64,000 nucleotides of DNA from the NCBI GenBank assembly GCA_045615705.1, contig JAZLFH010000017.1, positions 9,121 through 73,120 of the forward strand, in the 5' to 3' direction. Shown here one piece after another: positions 38,588-48,800 of this stretch (within the stretch, counting starts at the first letter, position 1; every line of letters starts with the position of its first letter). This DNA comes from Clostridia bacterium. Lineage in GTDB: Bacteria; Bacillota; Clostridia; UMGS1883. Made by a program: the position numbers and the translations under genes. A model generated the notes under the pieces. It ran no database searches, was not told the DNA's origin, and saw nothing but the letters and a program-made list of their open reading frames with translations.

Positions 38588-39307
38588 TTACTCCTTTAAA
38601 GAATTCTTTTGAGCCTTTGTTATTTCTTTAATTCCTTTTTTTGCTAGTGCATACAAAGAGTCGAGTTCCTCTTTTGAAAATGTTTTACCTTCGGCAGTTC
38701 CCTGTACTTCTATTATTTCTCCCTTGTCATTCATTACAAAATTCATATCAACATCAGCCGAAGAATCTTCCTTATAGCACAAGTCTAAAAGAACCTCATT
38801 GTCTTTTATTCCCACACTTACCGCAGAAACAAACGATTTTAGAGGGCTTTTGGTAATTAAGCCTTGCTCCTTTAAATAAGTAAGAGCATCATAAAGTGCC
38901 ACAAATCCTCCCGTAATCGAAGCACATCTTGTCCCGCCGTCTGCCTGTAATACATCACAATCAATCGTAATGGTTCTTTCTCCGAGTTTTTTCATATCTA
39001 CCGAGGCACGAAGACTTCTTCCTATAAGCCTTTGGATTTCTCCGCTTCTTCCGTTTAATTTTAACTTTGATATATCTCTTTTGTTTCTTGTTGATGTTGC
39101 TCTCGGAAGCATACTGTACTCCGCAGTTACCCAGCCTTCACCCGAATCTTTTTTAAATGGCGGTACCGATTCTTCAACACTTGCCGTGCAAAGTACCTTT
39201 GTATCTCCCATTTCAATCAGGACAGAACCTTCGGCGTATTTTGTATAATGCCTCGTAATTTTTATCGGTCTTAACTTGTCCTTTTTTCTTCCGTCCGTTC
39301 TCTCCAT
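38588..39307 (-). CDS. rph: Ribonuclease PH
   Basis: [17 protein letters not shown] and the [12 protein letters not shown] motif. 239 aa. Confidence 0.95.
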   Translation of the reverse strand: MERTDGRKKDKLRPIKITRHYTKYAEGSVLIEMGDTKVLCTASVEESVPPFKKDSGEGWVTAEYSMLPRATSTRNKRDISKLKLNGRSGEIQRLIGRSLRASVDMKKLGERTITIDCDVLQADGGTRCASITGGFVALYDALTYLKEQGLITKSPLKSFVSAVSVGIKDNEVLLDLCYKEDSSADVDMNFVMNDKGEIIEVQGTAEGKTFSKEELDSLYALAKKGIKEITKAQKNSLKE

Positions 39308-39319
39308 AGTAATTCTCCT

Positions 39320-41575
39320 TTAAAATAATTCATTTATAGAATATGTTACTCCATCTTCATTGATATAAAATGAAAGGTATCTTGCTTCTTTTATTCTTTC
39401 CGAAACAGACACACTCCTGTCGCCGCTGACATTTGAAAGTGCAAAATAATGTACTCCGTCTTTTACATAACGAAAGTTATCGGTAGAGCGGTATATTACA
39501 TATACATCTTTTTGAGTATTTGCCAGGTAATCTTCAAATACCTCCCTTTCAAAGTTGTCGCTCCATGTTGTAATATCACTGTTTAGTACTATAAAAAGAT
39601 TGTATGCTTTGCTTTTATCTACCGCATTTTTTAATGTATCCCACTGAGTTGAATCTGTTGCTCTTATTCCGCCGTTTGAAGCATTTAGTGTTATAAAAAG
39701 CGATGAACCGTATTCCAAAGATTGTGCTTTGTTGCAAGAAATAAATTCTGTTTTGTCCATTTTCCCCGCAAAGGCACTGAGGTTACTTGTCTTTTTCTCA
39801 AAATTCTTTTTTGCCGCTCTTTCAATAAATGAATCTGCCATATCACTTATTGAGCATACATTGAAAGTAAATGCTTTGTCATTAGCCTTGTAATAGTCAT
39901 CTCTTTTGTCTTCGTTCCAAAGATTTTCGGGAATGAAGCGAAGGTCTTCACTGATATTTCCCACCGTAACACGGCTATACGCCACTGTTGTGCCGAATTT
40001 CGCACTTATTATTGCTTCGCCCGAAGATACTCCGCTTATTATACCATCGTTTGAAACCGAAGCACATCCGCTGTCGGAAGAAAAACTTACAAGCGACAGA
40101 TTATCTATCTTGGATTCTCTTCCTGCTCTGTCATAGCCGTAAACGGTCAGTGCTATGTTACCCCCGACATCACATTTAACCGTTCTCGTAGCAAGAAGTC
40201 TTTCGGGTAAATCAATTACATCTACTTCTTGTGTAGCCGTAATTCCGTCATAAGTTGCACTTATAATGGCTTTCCCCGATTCTTTCGGGTAAAACACTCC
40301 GTTTTCAATATAGCCTTTTACACCTGATACCCTAAACGAAACATCAGTATCTTTTTCTGCGAAATAATTGTTATAAAAGTGAGCCGAAACGGGAGTTTTA
40401 TCGTTTGTAAAAACAAACGGTTTCGTTACAAGAATTTCACCAGAAGAAACTTTTGAATCAACCGTATCGCTTGTTATTGCGGCACAGTTTATTACTCGCC
40501 TTGTTTCGCACGGATTGTTTATCGTGTGGAGTTCGTTGTATCCTTTTGACTTCCCTACCAATGCGGTAGACCCGCCTCCGTCAAGATTTATTGCATTAGT
40601 GCAACCTAATTCCTTTAAAATATCCGCAAAGTCGTCAAGAGTTACCCCCGAAGAAGCGGTTTGCCTTCCGTCAACAGCAACGAGGTAAACTACTGTTCCG
40701 TCCTCGTTTGTTCCCAATGCACTTCTTGGGTGCTTGCCTTCAACATCATGGGTTATTTTAGTTTCTTGTCCGTTTTTAAGAAGGATTGTTCCTCCGCCGA
40801 ATGCAGTTTGAATGTTTTTAATATTGGGAGTTAAAGTCTTATCTAAAATAACCTTGTCCCCTTCTTTAAAGTTTTCCGCCAAAAATGTGCTGTACCCCTC
40901 AGACACATCCAAAACATATCCGTTTGCGGGAATTTTTACGCTTTCTTGGTTCCGCCTGAACTCTTTTATTGTGTCATTTTCGACAACTACCTCTACCACA
41001 TCTCCGCCGGGTGCCAAGGACATACCCGAATTAAACTTATCCGTGTACATCATCATATATTCAAATCCGCCGGTATAAGTGTTTAATTCTTTTATCATTT
41101 CGTAGTTTCCGTTAGGTGCAACTATTGACATTCCCAACTGATAATAGTCTAAAATAACGCTGTCTCCGTCATAAAAAACACCTGCCATAGAGTAGTCGTT
41201 ATTATATTTTGACTTAATAATTTCTCCGTCTTTAATCATCGCACCGATTGCAAATCCTGTATTTCTGGCAGAAAAAAAGTCTGCATTAATTGCGGCAACC
41301 GTATTTTTCTGCTCTTTTGCGTGATTCATAACCGTTTGAAGATTTTCAAGTGAATTGCATGCCAAAACATCAAGTGAAAGATGCTTTTCTTTCAAATCTG
41401 CCTTTACAACATTTATGACTAATGACCTGTCGGAATAAAATTTTTTGTATGTTATGAGTTCAACGCCTTTTGACATTGGCTCGGTAGTTTTGTACTCAAA
41501 TATGGGTGCGGCACCGGCATTAGGTGCAATAAAAATTGTTAAAGTCATCAAAACCAGTATAATAATTCGTTTCAT
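39320..41575 (-). CDS. Secreted phosphodiester glycosidase-family protein (DUF2233/NAGPA-like) with Big_2-like domain and an unassigned C-terminal domain
   Basis: Signal peptide. NADFF...AINLDGGGSTALV pattern of DUF2233. An Ig-like segment (Big_2-like) sits mid-protein. Start at the ATG at 41575 after GAGGTGG. Confidence 0.75.
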   Translation of the reverse strand: MKRIIILVLMTLTIFIAPNAGAAPIFEYKTTEPMSKGVELITYKKFYSDRSLVINVVKADLKEKHLSLDVLACNSLENLQTVMNHAKEQKNTVAAINADFFSARNTGFAIGAMIKDGEIIKSKYNNDYSMAGVFYDGDSVILDYYQLGMSIVAPNGNYEMIKELNTYTGGFEYMMMYTDKFNSGMSLAPGGDVVEVVVENDTIKEFRRNQESVKIPANGYVLDVSEGYSTFLAENFKEGDKVILDKTLTPNIKNIQTAFGGGTILLKNGQETKITHDVEGKHPRSALGTNEDGTVVYLVAVDGRQTASSGVTLDDFADILKELGCTNAINLDGGGSTALVGKSKGYNELHTINNPCETRRVINCAAITSDTVDSKVSSGEILVTKPFVFTNDKTPVSAHFYNNYFAEKDTDVSFRVSGVKGYIENGVFYPKESGKAIISATYDGITATQEVDVIDLPERLLATRTVKCDVGGNIALTVYGYDRAGRESKIDNLSLVSFSSDSGCASVSNDGIISGVSSGEAIISAKFGTTVAYSRVTVGNISEDLRFIPENLWNEDKRDDYYKANDKAFTFNVCSISDMADSFIERAAKKNFEKKTSNLSAFAGKMDKTEFISCNKAQSLEYGSSLFITLNASNGGIRATDSTQWDTLKNAVDKSKAYNLFIVLNSDITTWSDNFEREVFEDYLANTQKDVYVIYRSTDNFRYVKDGVHYFALSNVSGDRSVSVSERIKEARYLSFYINEDGVTYSINELF

Positions 41576-41646
41576 TAAAGTTACCACCTCACAGAATCAT
41601 TTTATACTTTTTTATCTTAATAATCAAGTATATTAGCAAATATTCC

Positions 41647-41675
41647 TTGATATTTTTGTGTTGTTAAAGTATAAT
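41647..41675 (+). promoter_or_regulatory. Sigma-A-type promoter (TTGATA-17-TATAAT) of the cell-wall polymer cluster
   Basis: TTGATA at 41647-41652, 17-nt spacer, TATAAT at 41670-41675. Confidence 0.6.
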
Positions 41676-41698
41676 AAATATATTACCAATTAAAGGAG

Positions 41699-43879
41699 AT
41701 GAGTGCTTTGAGTCTTAATATTTTGCTCGCAACCATGCAACTTGACATAGGCGGAGCGGAAACGCATATTATAGAACTTGCAAAAAGCCTTAAAGCACGG
41801 GGACACAGCGTTTTTATTGCCTCAGGCGGCGGTGTATATGAAGAAGAATTGAAAAAATATGATATACCTCACTTTTGTGTCGCACTGAACAGTAAAAATC
41901 CAATCAGTGTCCTTTCCTCGATGAGAAAACTTTCAAAAATAATTGACGAACAAAAGATTGACATTGTTCACTCTCATGCAAGAATCCCGTCATTTATAAT
42001 AAACAAAATCCACAAAAAGAAAAATTTTGCTTTTGTAACGACTGCCCACGGTGCTTTCAGTACAAAATACGGTCTTAAATACATAACAAGTTGGGGCGAA
42101 AAATCTATCGCCGTAAGTGATGATTTAAAAGAGTATCTCGTAAGAAACTACAATTATCCCGAAAAGGACATAACCGTAACAATAAACGGTATTGATACCG
42201 ACTTTTTCTGTCCCGAAGTTTCTGATTCTGATAAAAAAGAAAAAACAATCGTTCATGTTTGCCGTATGGACACAAGGGTAAGCCTTGTTGCTCATCTTCT
42301 AATCAAGGCTTTTGAAACAGGAAGAATTGACCGTGATGTCCGTTTAATGATAGTGGGCGGCGGAAATGATTATGAAAATGTGTTAAGAGAAGCCAATTTA
42401 GTAAACGGAAAATTAGGTTATGATGCAATTTCTCTTACGGGAGCCCTTACCGATGTAAAACCCATACTGAATAAAGCCGACCTTTTTGTCGGCGTTTCCC
42501 GTGCCGCTCTTGAAGCCATGGCTTGCGAAAGACCGAGCATTCTCGCCGGAGCGGAAGGCACTCTCGGACTTTTTTATAAAGAAAAACTTGATGACGCAAT
42601 AAAAACAAACTTTTGTTGCCGAGGTCTGAAAGAAGCAAGCGTTGATTCTTTGACAGATGATATAAATAACTTTTTTTCTCTCTCAAATGAAGAACAAAAC
42701 AGTATCGGCAAATATTCAAGGACTGTCGTAAAAGAGTATTACTCCGTAAAAAAGATGACAGATGATACACTTTTTTCTTACAGTGAAGTTTTAAAAGAGC
42801 GTATCCCAAAAAAAGTGTTAATTTCAGGTTATTACGGTTTCAATAACAACGGAGATGATGCTCTTTTATACTCAATTATAAGTGATTTAAAAAATGAAGT
42901 TGAAAATGTTGAAATTACCGTATTGTCAAATAATCCCGAAGAAACAAAAAAACTTTACGGTGTAAATTCAATTTCCCGCACGGCAATTTTAAAAATTCTT
43001 TCTCTCATGGAGCGTAACGCACTCTTTATTTCTGGTGGCGGAACGCTTATTCAAGACAGTACAAGCACAAAATCGCTCATCTATTATTTAACATTAATAA
43101 GACTTGCAAAGATGAAAAAAATGAGAGTTTCATTATTTGCCAACGGTATAGGCACACTTAAAAAATGTAACGAAAAAAGAGTTTCCAAGGTCTTAAATAA
43201 AGTGGATTCCATAACTTTAAGGGATGAAATTGCACTTATGTGGCTTAAAAAAATCAATGTTTCAAGACCTTTTATTAAACTTACGGCAGACCCTGTATTT
43301 GCACTTGATGCACTTGATAAAACAGAAGGCAAAAAATATCTCGAATCGTTCAATATTAACAGCGACAGCATAGCATATTTTTGTATGAGATTCGACAAAA
43401 AATCATCTCCTTCATTTTGCAAAGAAATTGCAAAATGTGCAGACGAACTTTCAAAAGAAGGATACTTTCCCGTATTTATCCCGTTTCAAAGCAACAAGGA
43501 CACAAAAATTTGTGAAGAAATCCAAAGTCTTATGAATGAAAAGTCCGAAATTCTTGTACTTCCTGTTTCGCCTTACCTTTCGCTTTCGGTGTTTTCGTGC
43601 GGAAAGGTTTGTGTAGGAATGAGGCTTCATTCTCTTATTTACGCATTTTCTCAAAATGTTCCCGTAACAGGCATAGTGTATGATACAAAAGTAAAAGGTT
43701 TTATGGATTACACAGGTCTTGACAGTTACATAAATACAGAAGATGTCACAAGCGAAAAATTGCTTGATTTAATCAAAAAAAGCATTGAAAGAAAATCTCC
43801 CTATGATTGCGAAAAATTTTCTTTGCTTGCTCACGAAAATGTAAAAATAGCACTTAACATCAAGGAGGGTATCTTTTGA
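41699..43879 (+). CDS. csaB: Fusion: N-terminal GT4-family glycosyltransferase plus C-terminal polysaccharide pyruvyl transferase (CsaB-like)
   Basis: The N-terminal about 365 aa look like GT4 (DIGGAETHIIELAKSLKARGH...). From about 42810 the sequence VLISGYYGFNNNGDDALLYSIISDL and ISGGGTLIQDSTS matches the CsaB/pyruvyl-transferase pattern. An alternative TTG start at 41708 has better SD spacing. Confidence 0.8.
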   Translation: MSALSLNILLATMQLDIGGAETHIIELAKSLKARGHSVFIASGGGVYEEELKKYDIPHFCVALNSKNPISVLSSMRKLSKIIDEQKIDIVHSHARIPSFIINKIHKKKNFAFVTTAHGAFSTKYGLKYITSWGEKSIAVSDDLKEYLVRNYNYPEKDITVTINGIDTDFFCPEVSDSDKKEKTIVHVCRMDTRVSLVAHLLIKAFETGRIDRDVRLMIVGGGNDYENVLREANLVNGKLGYDAISLTGALTDVKPILNKADLFVGVSRAALEAMACERPSILAGAEGTLGLFYKEKLDDAIKTNFCCRGLKEASVDSLTDDINNFFSLSNEEQNSIGKYSRTVVKEYYSVKKMTDDTLFSYSEVLKERIPKKVLISGYYGFNNNGDDALLYSIISDLKNEVENVEITVLSNNPEETKKLYGVNSISRTAILKILSLMERNALFISGGGTLIQDSTSTKSLIYYLTLIRLAKMKKMRVSLFANGIGTLKKCNEKRVSKVLNKVDSITLRDEIALMWLKKINVSRPFIKLTADPVFALDALDKTEGKKYLESFNINSDSIAYFCMRFDKKSSPSFCKEIAKCADELSKEGYFPVFIPFQSNKDTKICEEIQSLMNEKSEILVLPVSPYLSLSVFSCGKVCVGMRLHSLIYAFSQNVPVTGIVYDTKVKGFMDYTGLDSYINTEDVTSEKLLDLIKKSIERKSPYDCEKFSLLAHENVKIALNIKEGIF

Positions 43880-45405
43880 ATAACAAACTCATAAAAACTG
43901 CCGGTTTTATGGCAATAGCCACCCTTCTTGCCAAGGTGTGTGCACTTCTTCGGGAAATGCTTATTGCTTACACATTTGCAGGCACATTTGAAAGCGATGC
44001 CTACTATGTCGCAACTCAAATCCCCACGACACTTTTTGATATGGTCATAGGCGGAGTTATTTCCGCATCTTTTATTCCGATTTACAGCGGAGTTTTAAAA
44101 AATGACGGTAAAGAAAAGTCCAATACCTTTGCAAACAGATTTATAGGAATAGTTCTTTTTGCAACTTCTATCATCACCGTACTCGGTATGGTTTTTGCAG
44201 GTAAATTGGTCTCCGTTCAAGCTCCTCTTTTTTCCGCAGAAGCACATGAATTGTGTACCAAACTGACTGCAATAATGTTTCCGATGCTTCTTTTTACGGC
44301 ACTTGCGTTTTCATTTGTCGGGATACTTCAATCAAACGATGAATTTAACATTCCCGCACTTATAAGTCTTATTTCAAATGTAGCGGTTATCCTCTACTTT
44401 CCTCTTTTTTCAAAAAAATTCGGTATCGTAGGATTGTCGGTTTCAATGGTAATTGCATGGAGTCTTCAATGTGCGGTTCAAATCCCGTCCCTTAAAAAAT
44501 TTGGTTTTAAATTTTTACCATCTCTTAAAATTGACGAAAATGTAAAGTCTGCACTTCTGCTTGCTCTTCCGATGCTTATAAGCACCTGGGTACAGCCTCT
44601 CTATTCGTTCGTAAACACTCGCCTTGCATCAGGTTTTTCCGGTGCGGTTTCATATCTTCAATATGCAAACAGAATTTATCTTGTCGCAACGGGTGTTTTT
44701 GCTTTTGTCGTTACAAATCTTGTCTTTCCGAAAATGTCCGGTGCAAATTCGGTAAATGACAAAGACGAAGAACAAAAACTTTTGGTAGGCTCGGTAAAAG
44801 CGGTTATGCTTGTAATCATTCCCGTGTGCCTTTTGGTGATCACTCTTTCTCGTCCGATAATTTCTATAATTTATGAGCGTGGCTCGTTTACTTCGGATAT
44901 GACAGTCGTTACCGCCTCACTTCTTTCGGGATATTCGGTCGGTATGCTCTTTTTCTCGCTGAACGAACTTTTTTCAAAGACATTTTTTTCAAGAAAAAAC
45001 TCTAAAACTCCTATGATAAATGCCCTCATCAGTATGGTTTTTGATGTTATTTTTGCGGTAGTTTTAAATAGGTTCTTCCCGCTTTTCGGTTTGGCACTTG
45101 CAACGGCTCTCGCATCTTTTGTAAATGCACTTTTAAACTACTTGGCACTTAAAAGAAGCGGAAAAATCTTTTCAAAGTGCGATTTATATATGTTTTTAAA
45201 GACTGTCGCATCCGCTTTTATTTCCTTAGTTGCCGTTTTGACAGTTAAATTTTTCTTGGAAAAAGTTTTATCAACTTCCCTTATCGGAAATATTGTTTAT
45301 TGCGGTGTATCTTCGGTCGTTCTTATCGTGGTTTACATAGTTATGTGTATTCTTTTTAAAATTGATGAGGTTACATCACTTTTCAGGAAGGAGGATTATA
45401 GTTGA
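43876..45405 (+). CDS. murJ: MurJ/MviN-family (MOP superfamily) flippase
   Basis: The N-terminus AKVCALLREMLIAYTFAGTFESDAYYVATQIPTTLF and a 14-TM-like profile are typical of MurJ. Whether the substrate is lipid II or a wall polymer cannot be told. Confidence 0.8.
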   Translation: MNNKLIKTAGFMAIATLLAKVCALLREMLIAYTFAGTFESDAYYVATQIPTTLFDMVIGGVISASFIPIYSGVLKNDGKEKSNTFANRFIGIVLFATSIITVLGMVFAGKLVSVQAPLFSAEAHELCTKLTAIMFPMLLFTALAFSFVGILQSNDEFNIPALISLISNVAVILYFPLFSKKFGIVGLSVSMVIAWSLQCAVQIPSLKKFGFKFLPSLKIDENVKSALLLALPMLISTWVQPLYSFVNTRLASGFSGAVSYLQYANRIYLVATGVFAFVVTNLVFPKMSGANSVNDKDEEQKLLVGSVKAVMLVIIPVCLLVITLSRPIISIIYERGSFTSDMTVVTASLLSGYSVGMLFFSLNELFSKTFFSRKNSKTPMINALISMVFDVIFAVVLNRFFPLFGLALATALASFVNALLNYLALKRSGKIFSKCDLYMFLKTVASAFISLVAVLTVKFFLEKVLSTSLIGNIVYCGVSSVVLIVVYIVMCILFKIDEVTSLFRKEDYS

Positions 45406-47249
45406 TTTATAAAATAGCGGATAAATTTAAACTCTTATGGTTTAAACTTATATACTTTTATGACTCTTCTTTTTGCGAAAAGATAATTTCAAGTGTCTGC
45501 AATTTTTTCATAAGAGCATCAGAAAACAGTTTCATTTGTAATTTGTTTAAGTCAAAAGAAATAAACGAATTTTGGGAAAGTTCTGTATTCTTTAAAGTGC
45601 TTTACTCACCTGTAAGGCTTTGTGAATTATTTTACGAAAAAATCGGAAAAGACCTTAAAGAAAAAGCAAAAGAAAACTCTTTTATACTTTTTGTGAAAAA
45701 CATTTTTTATATTTCTCTTTTAAATTTAGGCTTGGTTATTTTTTCAATTTCATTAGGCACTCTTATACCGTCCATACTTGTTAAGGACAAGTTCTCTGTT
45801 ATCGTTTCGGCAATTTTTGTGTTTATTTCTTTACTCTTTATGATTTTAAAGAAAAACATGGTTACGGTGCTTTCAAACAGTCTTTTTCTCTCCTTTATAA
45901 TAAAAAGCATCGGGTTTGATGTGCCAAAAGAAAAAGACGATTACAAAATTAAAAATCTTTATATCGTTTTACCTGTATTATTTTTGGTATCCCTTTTCTT
46001 TTCATTTTTGAAGCCCGTTGTATTTACGGCAACTGTGCTTTTTGTTGTCGGATTCACATTCCTTTGTATCTATCCGGTAGTCGGAGCATTTATCTTTGTG
46101 TTTTTTGCACCCATCCTTCCCACTTTGGCGGTAGCAGGTCTTGTGGGCATTTGTATTTTGGCGTTTATCGTATCAATTCTTTTCGGAAGAAAATATCATG
46201 TTTCAAAGTTAAATTTCCCCATCGTTTTGTTTTTGGCAATTGCAACTGTTTCTACTCTTTTTGGAGTGGACAAGTATGACGGGCTTAAAATTGTCGCAAT
46301 TTACATTTTATTTGCACTCTCGTATTCAATCTTGGTAAGTAACATTAAAACCTTCTCGATGTGGAAATCTCTCTTGATAACATTTACTATGAGTGCATTA
46401 TTGGTTTCGCTCTACGGAATATATCAGAATTTTACGGTTTCAAGCACAACTTCTCTTTGGGTTGACCAAAATATGTTCTCCGGCATAGAAAAAAGAGTTT
46501 TCGCAACCTTGGACAATCCCAATATCTTAGGCGAATTTTTGATTTGTGCATTACCGGTTGCGTTTTCCGTTCTTTGTGCATTTAAAGATATTTTTAAAAA
46601 ATTTATATATACACTTGTAAATATAGCTATGTTCTTATGCCTTATCTATACTTGGTCAAGGGGTGCATGGCTTGGAGTTATCTTGGCTTTGGGATTTTTC
46701 GTTCTTTTAAATGACCGGCGTTGGCTCATGATATGTTTTATCGGTCTTATTCTCACTCCGACAGTTCTTCCGCAAAACATTCTTGAACGGTTTACAAGCA
46801 TAGGTAACTTAAAAGATGAATCGAGTGCTTACCGTGTTTCTATATGGATTGCATCGTTCAGGCTTGCAAAAGATGTTATTTTAAGCGGAATAGGTGTCGG
46901 AAGCGGTGCTTTCAGTAAGATTTATCCCTCTTATGCCCTTGATGGAGCGGGATTTGCACTTCACGCACATAATTTTTTCATTCAGTTGGTAGTCGAAATG
47001 GGAATTTGGGGATTGTTGTCTTTCTTCTATATAATTTTTTACGCATACAAACTGATATATAAAGGCATCAAAAACGGTAAACAAATTCGCTTAGTGCTTT
47101 TGGGTGCAGGCGGTTCGTTGCTCGGGTTGATGTTTTCGGGAATGTTTGAAAATTTATGGTATAACTACCGAATGATTTTGGTATTTTTCATACTTCTTTC
47201 AATAATTTCAATAGGTTCTTCGGTAAAGGAGGACGATGATGTCAATTAA
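45402..47249 (+). CDS. Polytopic membrane protein with Wzy_C / O-antigen-ligase-like domain
   Basis: Many TM helices. WSRGAWLGVILALGFF and the HAHNFFIQLVVEMG motif are typical of O-antigen ligase/polymerase-like proteins. TTG start after GGAGGA. Confidence 0.8.
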   Translation: MIYKIADKFKLLWFKLIYFYDSSFCEKIISSVCNFFIRASENSFICNLFKSKEINEFWESSVFFKVLYSPVRLCELFYEKIGKDLKEKAKENSFILFVKNIFYISLLNLGLVIFSISLGTLIPSILVKDKFSVIVSAIFVFISLLFMILKKNMVTVLSNSLFLSFIIKSIGFDVPKEKDDYKIKNLYIVLPVLFLVSLFFSFLKPVVFTATVLFVVGFTFLCIYPVVGAFIFVFFAPILPTLAVAGLVGICILAFIVSILFGRKYHVSKLNFPIVLFLAIATVSTLFGVDKYDGLKIVAIYILFALSYSILVSNIKTFSMWKSLLITFTMSALLVSLYGIYQNFTVSSTTSLWVDQNMFSGIEKRVFATLDNPNILGEFLICALPVAFSVLCAFKDIFKKFIYTLVNIAMFLCLIYTWSRGAWLGVILALGFFVLLNDRRWLMICFIGLILTPTVLPQNILERFTSIGNLKDESSAYRVSIWIASFRLAKDVILSGIGVGSGAFSKIYPSYALDGAGFALHAHNFFIQLVVEMGIWGLLSFFYIIFYAYKLIYKGIKNGKQIRLVLLGAGGSLLGLMFSGMFENLWYNYRMILVFFILLSIISIGSSVKEDDDVN

Positions 47250-48342
47250 ACTTATGCATGTGCTTACGGATTCAAATATCGGTGGTGCCGGTGTTTGGGT
47301 TGAAAACTTTTGTCGCTCATATAATAAAAATCTGTTTGACCTGGCGATTATTCTTCCCGAAAATTCACTCCTTATAAATCGTATTGAAAGTTTGGGTGTA
47401 AGAGTGATAAAAGCGTCAAATATTTCGGATAAGTCATTTTCTTTAAGCGGTGTTTTTGAACTTTTTAAAATTCTTAAAAAAGAAAAACCCGAACTTCTTC
47501 ATACTCATTCGGGACTTTCCGCAAGGATTTCGGCAAAACTTTTAAATATTCCCGTGATTTCAACAAGGCATTGTCTTGAAGGCAACGCTTCGGGTGTAAA
47601 AAAACTTATGTACAGATTGTTTAACAACTTTTTAAGTAAAAACTTTATTGCCGTAAGCGAGTATGTGAAAAACGAACTAATTGAAAGCGGAGTGAAAAAA
47701 GACAGAGTTTTTACTGTTTATAACGGAAGTTTTCCTCTAAAAGTGCTTTCCGAAGAAGAAATAAAAAATCTTAAAAAAGATTACGGGTTTGGTGAAGAAA
47801 ATATCATAATCGGCATTTGTGCAAGACTTGAAGATGTGAAAAATCACAAATTATTTATCGAGTCAGCAAAAAAAGCGTATAAAAAATGCGATAAATTAAG
47901 GTTTTTAATAGTAGGCTCGGGAAGTCTTGAAGATGAATTAAAAAAAGAAAGCGAGCCTCTTTTAAGTAAAGGAATAATCGTGTTTTTAGGCAGACAAGAC
48001 GATATCACACCGTTTATGAATGTGATAGATATTAACGCTTTAACTTCAAAAGAAGAAGCACTTTCACTTGCTCTTATTGAGGGATGTTCACTTAAAAAGC
48101 CTCCCGTATCTACAAACTCACACGGTCCCTGTGAAGTAATCGGTGAAAACTGCGGAATTATAGTTCCGAATTTCAATTCTGACGCATTAGAAGAGGCTTT
48201 CCTTAAACTATCGCTTGATAAAGAGTTGCGGCTTAATATGGGACAAAATGCTTATGATTACACCTTAGAAAAATTCAGTATTGTAAAGATGCAAGAAACT
48301 CTTGAAAAAATATATTATGAAACGGCAGGGATTACAAAATGA
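47236..48342 (+). CDS. GT4-family glycosyltransferase
   Basis: LMHVLTDSNIGGAGVWV N-terminus and an E(x7)E-type C-terminal region (EEALSLALIEG). Confidence 0.85.
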   Translation: MMSIKLMHVLTDSNIGGAGVWVENFCRSYNKNLFDLAIILPENSLLINRIESLGVRVIKASNISDKSFSLSGVFELFKILKKEKPELLHTHSGLSARISAKLLNIPVISTRHCLEGNASGVKKLMYRLFNNFLSKNFIAVSEYVKNELIESGVKKDRVFTVYNGSFPLKVLSEEEIKNLKKDYGFGEENIIIGICARLEDVKNHKLFIESAKKAYKKCDKLRFLIVGSGSLEDELKKESEPLLSKGIIVFLGRQDDITPFMNVIDINALTSKEEALSLALIEGCSLKKPPVSTNSHGPCEVIGENCGIIVPNFNSDALEEAFLKLSLDKELRLNMGQNAYDYTLEKFSIVKMQETLEKIYYETAGITK

Positions 48343-48800
48343 AAAAAGGATTAAAAATCGGTATTGCAGACATCTTAATAGTTGCATTTTTTATCGGTGT
48401 ATTTTGCGGAGTGTACTACTTTTTAAATAACCGCTCCAAAACACAAAAAAGCACGGAACATTCTTCTGTTAGGGTAACTCTTGAAGTAAAAAAGGCTCGG
48501 GACGGTCTTTTTGAGGCAATAACTGTCGGAGATGAAATCTACGAAAAGGTCAACAATATTTATCTCGGAAAAATTGTTGATAAAAGCATAACCGAAGCAA
48601 AAGAATACACAACCGATTCCATAAACGGCATTATGAAAGAAGAAATCGTTCCCCAACGCTACGATATTACGGTTACTTTTGAAGGTCCGCCGTCAGAATA
48701 TTCAAAAATAGGTCATGAGCTAAGTGCTAAGGGAAAAGGATTTATGTGTAACGGCTATATCATCGGCTTAGAGGAGGAAATTAAAAATGAAAATAATTGA
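48339..48800 (+). CDS. Single-pass membrane protein, DUF4330-like paralog
   Basis: N-terminal TM plus a beta-rich domain. It shares the RYD(I/L)TVT motif and architecture with the next gene. Confidence 0.45.
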   Translation: MKKGLKIGIADILIVAFFIGVFCGVYYFLNNRSKTQKSTEHSSVRVTLEVKKARDGLFEAITVGDEIYEKVNNIYLGKIVDKSITEAKEYTTDSINGIMKEEIVPQRYDITVTFEGPPSEYSKIGHELSAKGKGFMCNGYIIGLEEEIKNENN

